Assembly (NCBI GenBank): GCA_963664705.1
Contig: OY761556.1
Location: 5,280,001 to 5,344,000, forward strand
Reading direction: 5' to 3'
DNA length: 64,000 nt
DNA from: Acidobacteriota bacterium
Lineage (GTDB): Bacteria; Acidobacteriota; UBA6911
Shown: positions 12,907-22,502 of the stretch, piece after piece
Layout: each line of letters starts with the position of its first letter
Numbering within the stretch: position 1 is the first letter of the stretch
Notes under the pieces: generated by a model
Told to the model about the DNA's origin: nothing
Databases searched by the model: none
Seen by the model: only the letters and a program-made list of their open reading frames with translations
Translations under genes and position numbers: made by a program

Positions 12907-13442
12907 TCATTTCCTCCTGAATTAGATCCGAGCCCGCAGAAGGCGGGAAGGGACCCGTATTTTTTACGAATCTATGAGTGCTGTGAGGTATGGAACAGGA
13001 AGTGGCTTACCTGTGTATGCTTGATTTATTGTGTGCGGCAAATCCAAATGTCCACATCCCTTTATCACGAGAGATATAAGCGTCTATGTATAACTCCATC
13101 TACAACTATTGTCAAGATTCGCTTTCCGCGTGAAACAAGGAAGACAGGCCTGTGCCCGCTATCACGATGGAACCCATTCTACCCAAGCTGGGGCGTGCCA
13201 ATGAGAACAGGGGTTCATATCCGCAGCTTCCGGGCCGGAACCTTTATGAAAAACTGTTCCATTATATGGCTTCCAATCGTGATGGCGTTTTCAATGCTCC
13301 ATATATTCATGGTTACAGGGAGCCGGCGAATCCGGAATAGATAGGGGAAAAGGAGCCTCCGTTGTCCATTGATTTGGGCGTGGCGAATGGGCGCGCAGGC
13401 ATGTTATATACACGGCTTCTGGTTTAGGAATAGGAGGTTCAC

Positions 13443-14282
13443 ATGAGCGGAATACCGGTACTGTATGTGGAGGCCGACTGCATTGCGCGGGGCTGGGAAA
13501 ACTCCTTGATCGAATTGCACCGGAGCGGCTGCGAAGTCCGCACACAGTACGATAAGCCGGAGGATCCTCCCAGTAAAGATTGCACCATGATCCTCACAAT
13601 TCACGACCCGCTTGGCGAGCCGATGATTCATAAGGATTTTCCGGGTGGGCCGGAAGAGCTTCAGGAATACGTCATGGAAGTATGCGAGGGCATCAAGGAC
13701 CACCTTGTCCGTGATCGCGAGGATCCAACCGACACCCGGTGGGACTACACGTATCACGGCAGATTGGCTTCCTACGATATTCCCGGGATTCAAACCTTCA
13801 ACCAGATTGAAACCATGTGCCAGAAGCTGGCGGAGGTGCCCCATACACGAAGGGCGCAGGCTATTACATGGAAAGTCTGGGATGATAATGATTGCTTTGA
13901 TCCGCCCTGTCTTCAAAGCATCTGGGCGCGGATGACAGAGGAAAATGCCGAATGGGTGTTGAGTCTGAATGCGCGCTTCCGGTCCAACGATGCCTATAAG
14001 GCGGCATTCATGAATATGTTTGCGCTGGTTCAGCTGCAGAAAAATATGGCGGCGCGCATTACGGAAATTTTGGGCAAAGAGGTCAAAGTCGGGCGGTACT
14101 GTCACATGGCCGACAGTTACCACCTTTATGGTTCCTATTTTCGGGAATTCGAAGGGCGATTCCTCGGCGCTCTGCAAAAGCGTGGATTCGAGCAGAGGAC
14201 CATCCGCTATGAATCGGTGAAGGAGATGATGGAGGACGCCCGCCCGCAGATACTTGAAAAAGCAAAGCAAATGGGACGGTAG
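13443..14282 (+). CDS. thyA: Thymidylate synthase, archaeal/methanogen-type ThyA
   Basis: YTYHGRL, TRRAQAITW, catalytic DPPCLQ, FRSNDAYKAAFMN, DSYHLY; AGGAGG RBS. Confidence 0.8.
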   Translation: MSGIPVLYVEADCIARGWENSLIELHRSGCEVRTQYDKPEDPPSKDCTMILTIHDPLGEPMIHKDFPGGPEELQEYVMEVCEGIKDHLVRDREDPTDTRWDYTYHGRLASYDIPGIQTFNQIETMCQKLAEVPHTRRAQAITWKVWDDNDCFDPPCLQSIWARMTEENAEWVLSLNARFRSNDAYKAAFMNMFALVQLQKNMAARITEILGKEVKVGRYCHMADSYHLYGSYFREFEGRFLGALQKRGFEQRTIRYESVKEMMEDARPQILEKAKQMGR

Positions 14283-14324
14283 CGCATATTCCGCGCACAA
14301 AGACTCTTTCTGCGGTTTGGCCGG

Positions 14325-15785
14325 CTATTTTTTTAGGAGTTGCCAGTGAATGGAAATGGCTGAATATTTGGCCGACCCGCTATAGAGCATCAAGCGCTTC
14401 CAGGCATTTGCCTCGGTGGGCGTTTGTCGGATTTCTACTTCCTTGGGATCCACATCGATTGTCACAGGATCGCCTGGCAGCATATTCCCCTCAATGGTTC
14501 CAATGGAAGCTCTCGGTCCGTCGATAACGAGAATCGAGTTTTTGGGCAAATTGCCGGTCCAGCTGATGAAGCCGGAGGCAGGACCTGGCGCCTGACCCGC
14601 CGAGGGGACAAATTTCCTGACGGGCGGCTCCGCTGCGGGCTGTTTCGACACGGGCCCGGATTTCGGTTCGATCGCCGGACTCGAAGACGGAACCGTGTTT
14701 GATATTTCCGGTTGAGTCGCTTCGGCGACGCTTGTTGGGACTGTTACCGGGACCTGTAATTCGGCTCGTGGCGGCTGTTGAGGCGCGTGTTTAACGAAAA
14801 ATAAAGCAGCGACAGCGAGAATCACGGCCGCTGCCAGCGCAATCCATTTCCAGGTACCGCCCTGTTTTATAACCTCCGGCTCCTCCTCTGCCGGCATGTC
14901 CGGCGCTGGTTGGACGGCGGTGGGGGCGATCGGAACCGCAGCGGGCTGGAGTTTGCTTTGCTGTTCTTCTCGATGCCGTGCGTAGCAGGACTCGAGCTCC
15001 CGCACAAAATCGACGCAACTCTCAAACCGCATTGGTGGAGTTTTGGAGAAAGCCTTCTCAAATGCGGGTCGAAGGAAGGAAGGCAAACCGGAACTTTCAT
15101 ATTCCGGTTCTTCCCATAGGATTTTTGATAATACGGCCGTCAGAGTGGGGCCGTCAAAAGGAAGCTTTCCCGTCAGGATTCGATAGGCGACCACCGCCAG
15201 GGAAAACTGATCCGCACGCCCGTCTGTCTCATGCCCTTGCGCATGCTCGGGCGACATATAACTGGGTGTGCCCAACACGAAGCCGGCCTGCGTCAACGAA
15301 GTCGATGCCGATAGCTTCGCCACTCCAAAGTCAGCAATTTTGACCGCCCCATTCGTGGAGATCATGATGTTGGACGGCTTGATGTCCCGGTGGACTATGC
15401 CCTTGCTGTGAGCATAATCCAGCGCTTCGGCCGTTTGTTTCAAAATGGAAAGGAAGGTGGCGGAGGGCTGCGGAACGCCGCTTGCCAGGATGTCCTCCAG
15501 AGTTTTGCCGGTCACAAATTCCATCACAATATAGGCATTGCTCAGACGCTCACCGATATCGTGGATCGTAATGATTCCAGGGTGAGAAAGAATCCCGGCG
15601 GACTGGGCCTCCCTGAATAAACGGCGTGTCAACTCATCCCGCGTGCTCTCATCACCAAGGGCATCCAGGCGAATTGTTTTGATTGCAACCTGGCGGCCGA
15701 TGAGGGGGTCGATGGCAGCGTACACGACTCCCATGGCCCCTCGCCCCAGCTCCCGAATAATCTCATATCGGCCCAATTGCTGCAT
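14325..15785 (-). CDS. Membrane Hanks-type Ser/Thr protein kinase (PpkA-like position, last gene of the tss operon)
   Basis: LGRGAMG, VAIK, HRDIKPSN, DFG, GTPSYMSPE; TM WIALAAAVILAVAALFFV; Pro-rich linker and C-terminal beta-rich extracytoplasmic domain. Confidence 0.93.
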   Translation of the reverse strand: MQQLGRYEIIRELGRGAMGVVYAAIDPLIGRQVAIKTIRLDALGDESTRDELTRRLFREAQSAGILSHPGIITIHDIGERLSNAYIVMEFVTGKTLEDILASGVPQPSATFLSILKQTAEALDYAHSKGIVHRDIKPSNIMISTNGAVKIADFGVAKLSASTSLTQAGFVLGTPSYMSPEHAQGHETDGRADQFSLAVVAYRILTGKLPFDGPTLTAVLSKILWEEPEYESSGLPSFLRPAFEKAFSKTPPMRFESCVDFVRELESCYARHREEQQSKLQPAAVPIAPTAVQPAPDMPAEEEPEVIKQGGTWKWIALAAAVILAVAALFFVKHAPQQPPRAELQVPVTVPTSVAEATQPEISNTVPSSSPAIEPKSGPVSKQPAAEPPVRKFVPSAGQAPGPASGFISWTGNLPKNSILVIDGPRASIGTIEGNMLPGDPVTIDVDPKEVEIRQTPTEANAWKRLMLYSGSAKYSAISIHWQLLKK

Positions 15786-15810
15786 GGCGCCCCTTTCCCC
15801 AAAGCCTTGA

Positions 15811-16305
15811 TCAGCCTCCGATCATAACCGTCGGACAACCCATGGCAATTTTGTTGGGGGGACCCAATGGTTCCAAAATCGAGTCTCCCTGCCTGGCAGC
15901 AGGAAGGTTATTAATCAGGACGGTTGAAGAACCGGTAATCACAACGCCCGGCCCATGCGGCGGTACGGGCGATGGCGTGGAACATGTATGAAGATCCGCT
16001 CCGGCGGCTGCCGAGGAGATCGCTGCCCCCATGGAGGCAAGCATGGAGGCTTTGAGCGCTTGTTCCGCAGCAAAAGCTGCGGGCGCTCCGGGTGAGCCGG
16101 CCGCCGCCTTTGTTGCCATTTCGGCCGCCTGCACTGCGGTATCGGCGGCCTGTTTTGCGGCCTGCACCGCGGCTACTGCTGCAAGAGGCATTCCGCGCCA
16201 GGCCGGAAGGAATCCTATGAGCACATTGGGGCTGCCGGGGCCGCCCGATAAGATGGGTGGAAGCGGATGGATTACAGGGTCTGTAATTCTAGCTGCGGCT
16301 GGCAT
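15811..16305 (-). CDS. PAAR spike-tip protein with Ala-rich insertion
   Basis: MPAAARITD, LPAWR, HTC...PPH, LPAARQGD, GCPTVMIGG; AGGAGG RBS before ATG 16305. Confidence 0.9.
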   Translation of the reverse strand: MPAAARITDPVIHPLPPILSGGPGSPNVLIGFLPAWRGMPLAAVAAVQAAKQAADTAVQAAEMATKAAAGSPGAPAAFAAEQALKASMLASMGAAISSAAAGADLHTCSTPSPVPPHGPGVVITGSSTVLINNLPAARQGDSILEPLGPPNKIAMGCPTVMIGG

Positions 16306-16409
16306 CTTGCGATCCCTCCTCTTGGGAAGACCATCGATGGACCCCCGGACCGGAGTCAGGTTTGGCCGCGCGGGGTCCATGTGAGTCCAACAATGCATTC
16401 ACCGATAGT

Positions 16410-19031
16410 CTATGAATAAACGAAATTCCCGTCTTCTCCAACCGTTACGTTGATCGATTCCAGCTTCTGCCCTTCCGCGATGCGTGTGAGAAGCTGGCGT
16501 GAAATCTCGGGCAGCAGAGTATTGGTGATGATGTTATCCACGTTGCGTGCCCCGCTTTCCACTTCGGTGCAGCGGCGGCCGATTTCCTGGATCAATGGCT
16601 CGCTGCAGTTCAAATCGATCTTGTGGTTCTCCCGGATGCGCCGCTGGATCTTCCCAAGCTTGAGCAGAATGATCTTTCTCAACGCTTCATCACGGACCGG
16701 GTAATACGGAATAATCACGAGACGGCCGAGGAACGCCGGCTTGAAGGTTTTGTTCAGCTCCGGCTTGATCGCCTTTACGATTCCATCCGGCAAGGGCATG
16801 GTTTCAGGGTCGGCGCAGAGTTTCATCATGGCATCGGTCGCGGCATTGGAGGTGAGCAGAATAATCGTATTCTTAAAGTCGATTTCGCGACCTTCGCCAT
16901 CTTCCATCCGTCCCTTGTCAAAGACCTGGAAGAAAAGCTCGAGAACATCCGGATGGGCTTTCTCCACCTCGTCCAGGAGCACGACGGAATAGGGTCGGCG
17001 TCGGACGGCTTCGGTAAGAACACCGCCTTCTCCATAGCCGACATAGCCCGGAGGCGAGCCCTTCAAGGTAGACACGGTATGGGCTTCCTGGAATTCAGAC
17101 ATATTAATAGTGATGACGTTGCGCTCTCCCCCATAAATCATGTCGGCCAGCGCAAGCGCGGTTTCGGTTTTCCCGACGCCGCTGGGGCCCACGAGGAGGA
17201 AGACGCCGATCGGTTTTTGCGGATCTTCCATGCCCGCCCGGGAGGTACGGATGCGCTGGGCGAGGGCTTCCATTGCATGATCCTGGCCGATGACTCTTTC
17301 AGCCAGGTGCTTTTCCAGCGAAAGGATGGTCTGAATCTCGTCCTTCACCATCTTGCCGGTGGGAATGCCTGTCCAGGCAGAGATCACTTCACTGACGATA
17401 TGTCCATCCACGCAAACGCGCATCAACGGGTTATCGCCTTGGAGCGCATCCAGTTCCGCGGTGAGCTGATCGAGTTCGGCGCGCAGCGGAGCCTGATCTC
17501 CCGTGCCTTCCTCCAGCTTTGCCCGAATCTCCCGGATTTTTCCCACCAGGGCCGTCTCTTTTGCAAATCGTTCCTCCAGCAAGGAAAGCTGCTTCTTTAC
17601 ATCTTCGCGCCGGGTGCGAATCTGTTGGAGGCGCTCTTCGTGATCCCCGCCTGCAGCCGCTTCACGCAGCAATACCCGCTCCTGGAGGTCGAAGTCATCG
17701 ATCTGCCGCCTGGCATCCTCGATGGGGGCCGGAGTGGAATTCTGTCCCAGCGCAAGGCGCGCGCAGGCGGTGTCCAGGACGCTTACAGCCTTGTCCGGAA
17801 GCTGCCGTCCGGCCAGGAAACGGTGGGACAGGCGAACCGCGGCCGCTACCCCTTCGTCAAGGATGCGGACCTTGTGATGCTTTTCCAGCGAACCGACAAT
17901 TCCCCTCAACATCACAAGGCACTGCTGCTCTGTTGGTTCTTCCACCTTCACGACCTGGAAGCGGCGTGCGAGGGCCGGGTCTTTCTCGAAGTACTTTTTG
18001 AATTCAGACCATGTGGTTGCGGCGATGGTGCGTAGCTCACCGCGTGCCAGCGCTGGTTTCAGCAGGTTCGCGGCATCGTTCTGGCCCGCCTGTCCGCCGG
18101 CGCCAATCATGGTGTGAGCTTCATCAATAAATAGGATGATGGGTGAAGGAGAAGCCTTCACCTCCTCAATCAAGCCTTTGAGTCTGTTCTCGAACTCGCC
18201 TTTGATTCCAGCTCCCGCCTGCAGCAAGGCAAGGTCCAAAGTACGAATCGTGACATTCTTGAGCGCTGGGGGAACATCGTCGGCCGCTACACGCAGAGCC
18301 AGTCCTTCCACCACCGAGGTCTTTCCGACGCCGGCTTCACCGGTCAGGATCGGGTTGTTCTGGCGGCGGCGCATCAGAATATCGATGATCTGGCGCACCT
18401 CAACATCGCGGCCGAGAACGGGATCAATCTGGCCGTTTTTTGCCTTTTCCGACAGATTCACGGTGAACTGATCGAGATTGGGGGATTTGCCGCTTCCCGC
18501 CGGACGGGGAGTACCATCCCCAGCGGAGGGCTCCCCTGCAACGGCGGTTACGTCATCCTCATTGGAGCCGCGAATAATGGACGCCAGCTCCTTCTTCAGA
18601 GTATCAACTTCAAGCTTTGCCAGCTCTTTGCTGATCTCTCGCGCGATCCTGCCGAGTTCGTCGTCGGATATCATGGCCAGGATCGTAAAGCCGCTTCGCA
18701 CCTGGGCGGCACCATAGTCAATGGATCCCAGCGTCCATGCCTGGGTCAGCATTTTCAGAATGGAGGGACTGATTGCCGGCGTGCGCGCATTCCCGGATTT
18801 GAGCTTGTCGAGGCTGCGGGTAAGATCGGCGGTCAGTCTTGATTGATTTACCTCGAAACGATAGAAGATGCGCGCGACGTCATTGTCTGTCGCCTCCATC
18901 AATTTCATCAGGTAATGCTCGATCTCCACATTGTAATGCGTGCGGGACAGGCATAGTCCGGCGGCGCCTTCGAGAGCGCTGCGCGTTGGAGCATTCAGTT
19001 TTCCAATTAGTGACTTCAGGTTTACGCTCAT
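16410..19031 (-). CDS. tssH: T6SS ATPase ClpV/TssH
   Basis: MSVNLKSLIGKLN, RRRQNNPILTGEAGVGKT, GPSGVGKTETA, LKGSPPGYVGYGEGGVLTEAVRRRPY, ESGARN. Confidence 0.96.
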   Translation of the reverse strand: MSVNLKSLIGKLNAPTRSALEGAAGLCLSRTHYNVEIEHYLMKLMEATDNDVARIFYRFEVNQSRLTADLTRSLDKLKSGNARTPAISPSILKMLTQAWTLGSIDYGAAQVRSGFTILAMISDDELGRIAREISKELAKLEVDTLKKELASIIRGSNEDDVTAVAGEPSAGDGTPRPAGSGKSPNLDQFTVNLSEKAKNGQIDPVLGRDVEVRQIIDILMRRRQNNPILTGEAGVGKTSVVEGLALRVAADDVPPALKNVTIRTLDLALLQAGAGIKGEFENRLKGLIEEVKASPSPIILFIDEAHTMIGAGGQAGQNDAANLLKPALARGELRTIAATTWSEFKKYFEKDPALARRFQVVKVEEPTEQQCLVMLRGIVGSLEKHHKVRILDEGVAAAVRLSHRFLAGRQLPDKAVSVLDTACARLALGQNSTPAPIEDARRQIDDFDLQERVLLREAAAGGDHEERLQQIRTRREDVKKQLSLLEERFAKETALVGKIREIRAKLEEGTGDQAPLRAELDQLTAELDALQGDNPLMRVCVDGHIVSEVISAWTGIPTGKMVKDEIQTILSLEKHLAERVIGQDHAMEALAQRIRTSRAGMEDPQKPIGVFLLVGPSGVGKTETALALADMIYGGERNVITINMSEFQEAHTVSTLKGSPPGYVGYGEGGVLTEAVRRRPYSVVLLDEVEKAHPDVLELFFQVFDKGRMEDGEGREIDFKNTIILLTSNAATDAMMKLCADPETMPLPDGIVKAIKPELNKTFKPAFLGRLVIIPYYPVRDEALRKIILLKLGKIQRRIRENHKIDLNCSEPLIQEIGRRCTEVESGARNVDNIITNTLLPEISRQLLTRIAEGQKLESINVTVGEDGNFVYS

Positions 19032-19167
19032 TCAGGACTCCTTGGGTAATGCCGCATGGTTATCGTCCAACAGGACGGTGAAAAGCGGCCCGGCACCTTG
19101 CGGGCCTGGCATAAAAGGCGATTTGCGAATCTTCGGAATAATGCAATTTCCTTTATTGCTTGCTGAA

Positions 19168-20208
19168 CTACAGCGCGAGGATGCTCTCATCCGGGTTTTG
19201 CGCCGGGGTTGTGGTCCGGGCCCAGGTAAGCCAGCCAAGTCGCGGAGCCGCGGGACCTTCCGCGCCAAGTTCGCAAGGCGGTGTTTCTTCCTTCTGCAAA
19301 ATCAACTGCGCCTCTATATCAAGCTCAGGACCGCTGAAAAGACGTACAAGAGCTCGTAATGGCTGATGTGCACTTCCCTCGGGAAGGAAATCAAGGTATT
19401 GCTTCAGCGTCAGGGGCCCCAGCTTTATTCGGACGCCGGATTGCTGGTCCCATATCTCATCTCCGACTACCGTGCCGAATCCCAGCTTTTCCGAATCGGA
19501 ATCGGTGCCCGTAAAGCGAGTGGCGTCGTCGATCGGGTACCATTTACCGACAAACTGCTCGATTTCAACCGGGACATCAAAATAGTCGATAAGCAGGGCG
19601 CGCAGGGCAGCGGCTGAACGAGCATGGCTCGCCAGGAGGCCCGAACGAAAAAGAAGCGCTTCGTCCGGGAACGGTTGCCGGGCGCTCAGGTGAGGCGTGC
19701 CCAAGCCCAAAAGATCCATCACGTGCGGGGACAGGGGATCGGGTTCACTCCGTTCATAGCCGACGGTGAAATGGTGTTTTTCCCATGCACGATAAAAAAG
19801 CGAAATGGCGCGGTGATTGAAAAGATCGAGAAACTCATGCAAGGCCACATCGCGAGAGCGAAGGCGTTCGCGAATCAGCGCGGAATATACGAGCGGAAGA
19901 AGGCCCTGGGGCCCGGTCAAACCCATAAAGCTGACATTCATCCGGGGTTGACGATCTTCGGTCCAGTGCATATCAGCGATAGGCCCCGGAGGAAAGCCAA
20001 TTTCTGTCGTGGTTCCAAAGCGGACAACCTCCGACTTTGGATCGGAGAAGCCGCCGACGGATTTCCTGTCCGGCAACAATCGGCTGAGAAGCCGTACTGC
20101 CTGAAAGAAGTCGAAAGCCGATGGCTTGCCGCGCAGCAGCTCTTCGATTTCCGGGGAAGCGATAGCATTTTCTACAGGAGAATTTTCGTTCCCGCTCTCG
20201 GGGGCCAT
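19168..20208 (-). CDS. tssG: T6SS baseplate subunit TssG
   Basis: FDFFQAVRLL, FMGLTGPQGLLP, FLDLFNHR, YRAWEK, LGWLTW; overlaps the tssF end. Confidence 0.94.
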   Translation of the reverse strand: MAPESGNENSPVENAIASPEIEELLRGKPSAFDFFQAVRLLSRLLPDRKSVGGFSDPKSEVVRFGTTTEIGFPPGPIADMHWTEDRQPRMNVSFMGLTGPQGLLPLVYSALIRERLRSRDVALHEFLDLFNHRAISLFYRAWEKHHFTVGYERSEPDPLSPHVMDLLGLGTPHLSARQPFPDEALLFRSGLLASHARSAAALRALLIDYFDVPVEIEQFVGKWYPIDDATRFTGTDSDSEKLGFGTVVGDEIWDQQSGVRIKLGPLTLKQYLDFLPEGSAHQPLRALVRLFSGPELDIEAQLILQKEETPPCELGAEGPAAPRLGWLTWARTTTPAQNPDESILAL

Positions 20209-22010
20209 TGCCTCACGACCTCCTTTCTCTGGCGCGTTGTAAAGCTCAGCCGGCTGAAGCTGTTCAGCGTGACGTATTGGCCCAGAAAATTTTCGAGGAC
20301 ACTGGCGAACAGGTAAACGCCGCCACCAACAAAATTGTCTTCATCCAGATTCATCTCGACCCGCGTGCCGCGAACGAAACTTATGCCGTTCTCAGAAAGA
20401 ATGCGGGCGAAACTCGGGCTGCTCTTAATCTCCAGAATCCCCTCAATCTGTTTGGTGGAATGTAAGGAATCGCTGAAATTGTAGAGTTTGAGAATCTCCT
20501 GAAAGGCTTCCTTCCCTTCGCTCACGAGCGACAGATAGTTCAGCGATAAATGCGAGATCAAGCGCCATAAAGAGGATCGGCCTTGCGGCGGACGAAGAGA
20601 AAGTGTCGGTTTTCGTATTGCGACAATAGATTGAACCGGCATGGCGCCGTCCATTTCAAAGTCGCCGGATTCCATTCCAAAGGGAAGCCGGGCCGGGATG
20701 TCTCTATTGGTACAGGTCAGACGGACCGTGAGGCTGTCGACATCGGGTGCAAGGGGCCGTTGATCGAGATCGACCAGGGCAATGGCCATTTCTGTTCCTT
20801 CATCATCGCGGCGTCCGGATGGCCGTCGCGTAGCCAGCCAGAAAGCCTGTCCGCCGGAAGATGCGTTTCCATGCCGGTAGGAATAGAATGGCTCGAAGTG
20901 CACGGGTTCCTGCGTATCGGGGCGGACGCTGACAACATCATCCACAGAAAAGATTTCCGTGGCATTCGGTCTACGGATATCCGGGATGATGGGATATTCA
21001 AAGCGGCGTTGAGTCAGAAGAATAGGTTCCGCCGTTTGAGTGAACAGGTTCACCGCGGGAGCACACGTCAGTTGAAATGTTTTTGGCGAAACACCCAACT
21101 CCAGCATCTGCCGGCGCTCCGAAATTTCGAACGGGGAAATCAGAAAAACAAGCTCTGCCCTGTCCTTGAATCCGCTCAACGCCTTATCCAGTCCAAGCAA
21201 ATCCAGGAAAAAGTACTTTTCCGGAAAAGCGAAATATTCATGAAGCAGCTGGTAGCCGGAAAAGGATCGGCGCGGGTATGGGAGCAGGCTCTCATCCTCG
21301 GCGAAGCCGAGGGGACGCAGCGCGTCGGGCGGCAGGGCTACAGGCGGAACCTTGGAATTGGGACTGGGGTCCCGGACAAGGATCTGCAGGACACGGCTGC
21401 ATAGAAGTTCGTACAGCGTGTGAACGAGGCTGCTTTCGCCATTGAGAAAAAAACGCAGCGGATAGGGCTTTGTACTCTCGAAAGACACGTCGCGCCAGCA
21501 GGCAAGCTCCACTCGCAGCGCCGCCACGGCTTCCGTGGACTTGACGGCGGGTTGCAGGCGGTCAGGGGTTTTCCATTCCGCCGCAACGATACTCAAGGGC
21601 CACAGATAGGCATCGTAGCAGGTGCGAAACTTGCACGCCACACCTGCAACCGGTCGCGAAGAAAGAACAGTGCCGCGGTCGATCTTCAATCCGGTTCCAA
21701 TGGGGGCCTGCCCGGGATTTACACGGAAATCCACGACAGTGGCGGAAGGAACCGGGCGAATGAAATGCGGGTAGATGATGCTCAACAGCGCTTCCGTAAT
21801 TTCGGGGAATTCGTCATCAATTTTCAGATGAACGCGCGCAGCCAGGAAAGCAAAGGCTTCAAGAAGACGTTCGACATGAGGATCTTCGCATTTGTCGGGT
21901 TCGAGGTTCAGGCGAGATGCGATTTTCGGGTACTGTTCGGCGAACTGTGCCCCCATACGCCGGAGAAAACTGAGTTCGCGTTCGTAGTACAAAAGAAGAT
22001 CGTCGCGCAC
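20172..22010 (-). CDS. tssF: T6SS baseplate subunit TssF
   Basis: YYERELSFLR, DPHVERLLEAFAFL, LLHEYFAFPEK, WRLISHLSLNYLSL, YVTLNSF. Confidence 0.96.
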   Translation of the reverse strand: MRDDLLLYYERELSFLRRMGAQFAEQYPKIASRLNLEPDKCEDPHVERLLEAFAFLAARVHLKIDDEFPEITEALLSIIYPHFIRPVPSATVVDFRVNPGQAPIGTGLKIDRGTVLSSRPVAGVACKFRTCYDAYLWPLSIVAAEWKTPDRLQPAVKSTEAVAALRVELACWRDVSFESTKPYPLRFFLNGESSLVHTLYELLCSRVLQILVRDPSPNSKVPPVALPPDALRPLGFAEDESLLPYPRRSFSGYQLLHEYFAFPEKYFFLDLLGLDKALSGFKDRAELVFLISPFEISERRQMLELGVSPKTFQLTCAPAVNLFTQTAEPILLTQRRFEYPIIPDIRRPNATEIFSVDDVVSVRPDTQEPVHFEPFYSYRHGNASSGGQAFWLATRRPSGRRDDEGTEMAIALVDLDQRPLAPDVDSLTVRLTCTNRDIPARLPFGMESGDFEMDGAMPVQSIVAIRKPTLSLRPPQGRSSLWRLISHLSLNYLSLVSEGKEAFQEILKLYNFSDSLHSTKQIEGILEIKSSPSFARILSENGISFVRGTRVEMNLDEDNFVGGGVYLFASVLENFLGQYVTLNSFSRLSFTTRQRKEVVRQWPPRAGTKILL

Positions 22011-22499
22011 CTAATCACCCTTTATCTGGTATTCGCCGGAATTCAGCTGCAACACGGTATCAAACAGTATCTGTTCCGGCGCCGGATCCATTTTGAGCAA
22101 GCCCTCGATTTGAAATCGCAGGATACGAGGCCCTGAACCGGCGTTATCGATGGCTCGCACTTGAACCTGTGTCAAGCGAGGTTCGAAAATTTCAATAGTC
22201 TGCTCGATCACTCGCAGCAAACGCTGCCGGTCTCGCGACGAATTCAACCCCATGGAGGTTACGTCGGGCAACCCGTAGTTATAAAGTGAGCGAAACAGCT
22301 CTTCATAGGTTTCCGGCACCTCATCGGGATTTCTCCTGGAATTGAGCAGCCATTCCAGGTCCCGGCGCAGCGAGGCCTTCAACTGGCGAACAGATTGAGA
22401 GCGGTTTGCAGGGGGATCACTGCTGACATCCGGATTCGTATCGATCAAGCGATCCAACACCGAGATCGTTACCGCAAGATCGGGATCCGGTCGCGCCAT
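22011..22499 (-). CDS. tssE: T6SS baseplate subunit TssE (gp25-like)
   Basis: SVLDRLID, RRDLEWLLNSR, YGLPD, FEPRL. Confidence 0.94.
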   Translation of the reverse strand: MARPDPDLAVTISVLDRLIDTNPDVSSDPPANRSQSVRQLKASLRRDLEWLLNSRRNPDEVPETYEELFRSLYNYGLPDVTSMGLNSSRDRQRLLRVIEQTIEIFEPRLTQVQVRAIDNAGSGPRILRFQIEGLLKMDPAPEQILFDTVLQLNSGEYQIKGD

Positions 22500-22502
22500 G
22501 CC

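Noticed and set aside
13152-13340. 62-aa ORF upstream of thyA
   Set aside because: No clear RBS or recognisable family; cannot be distinguished from chance.
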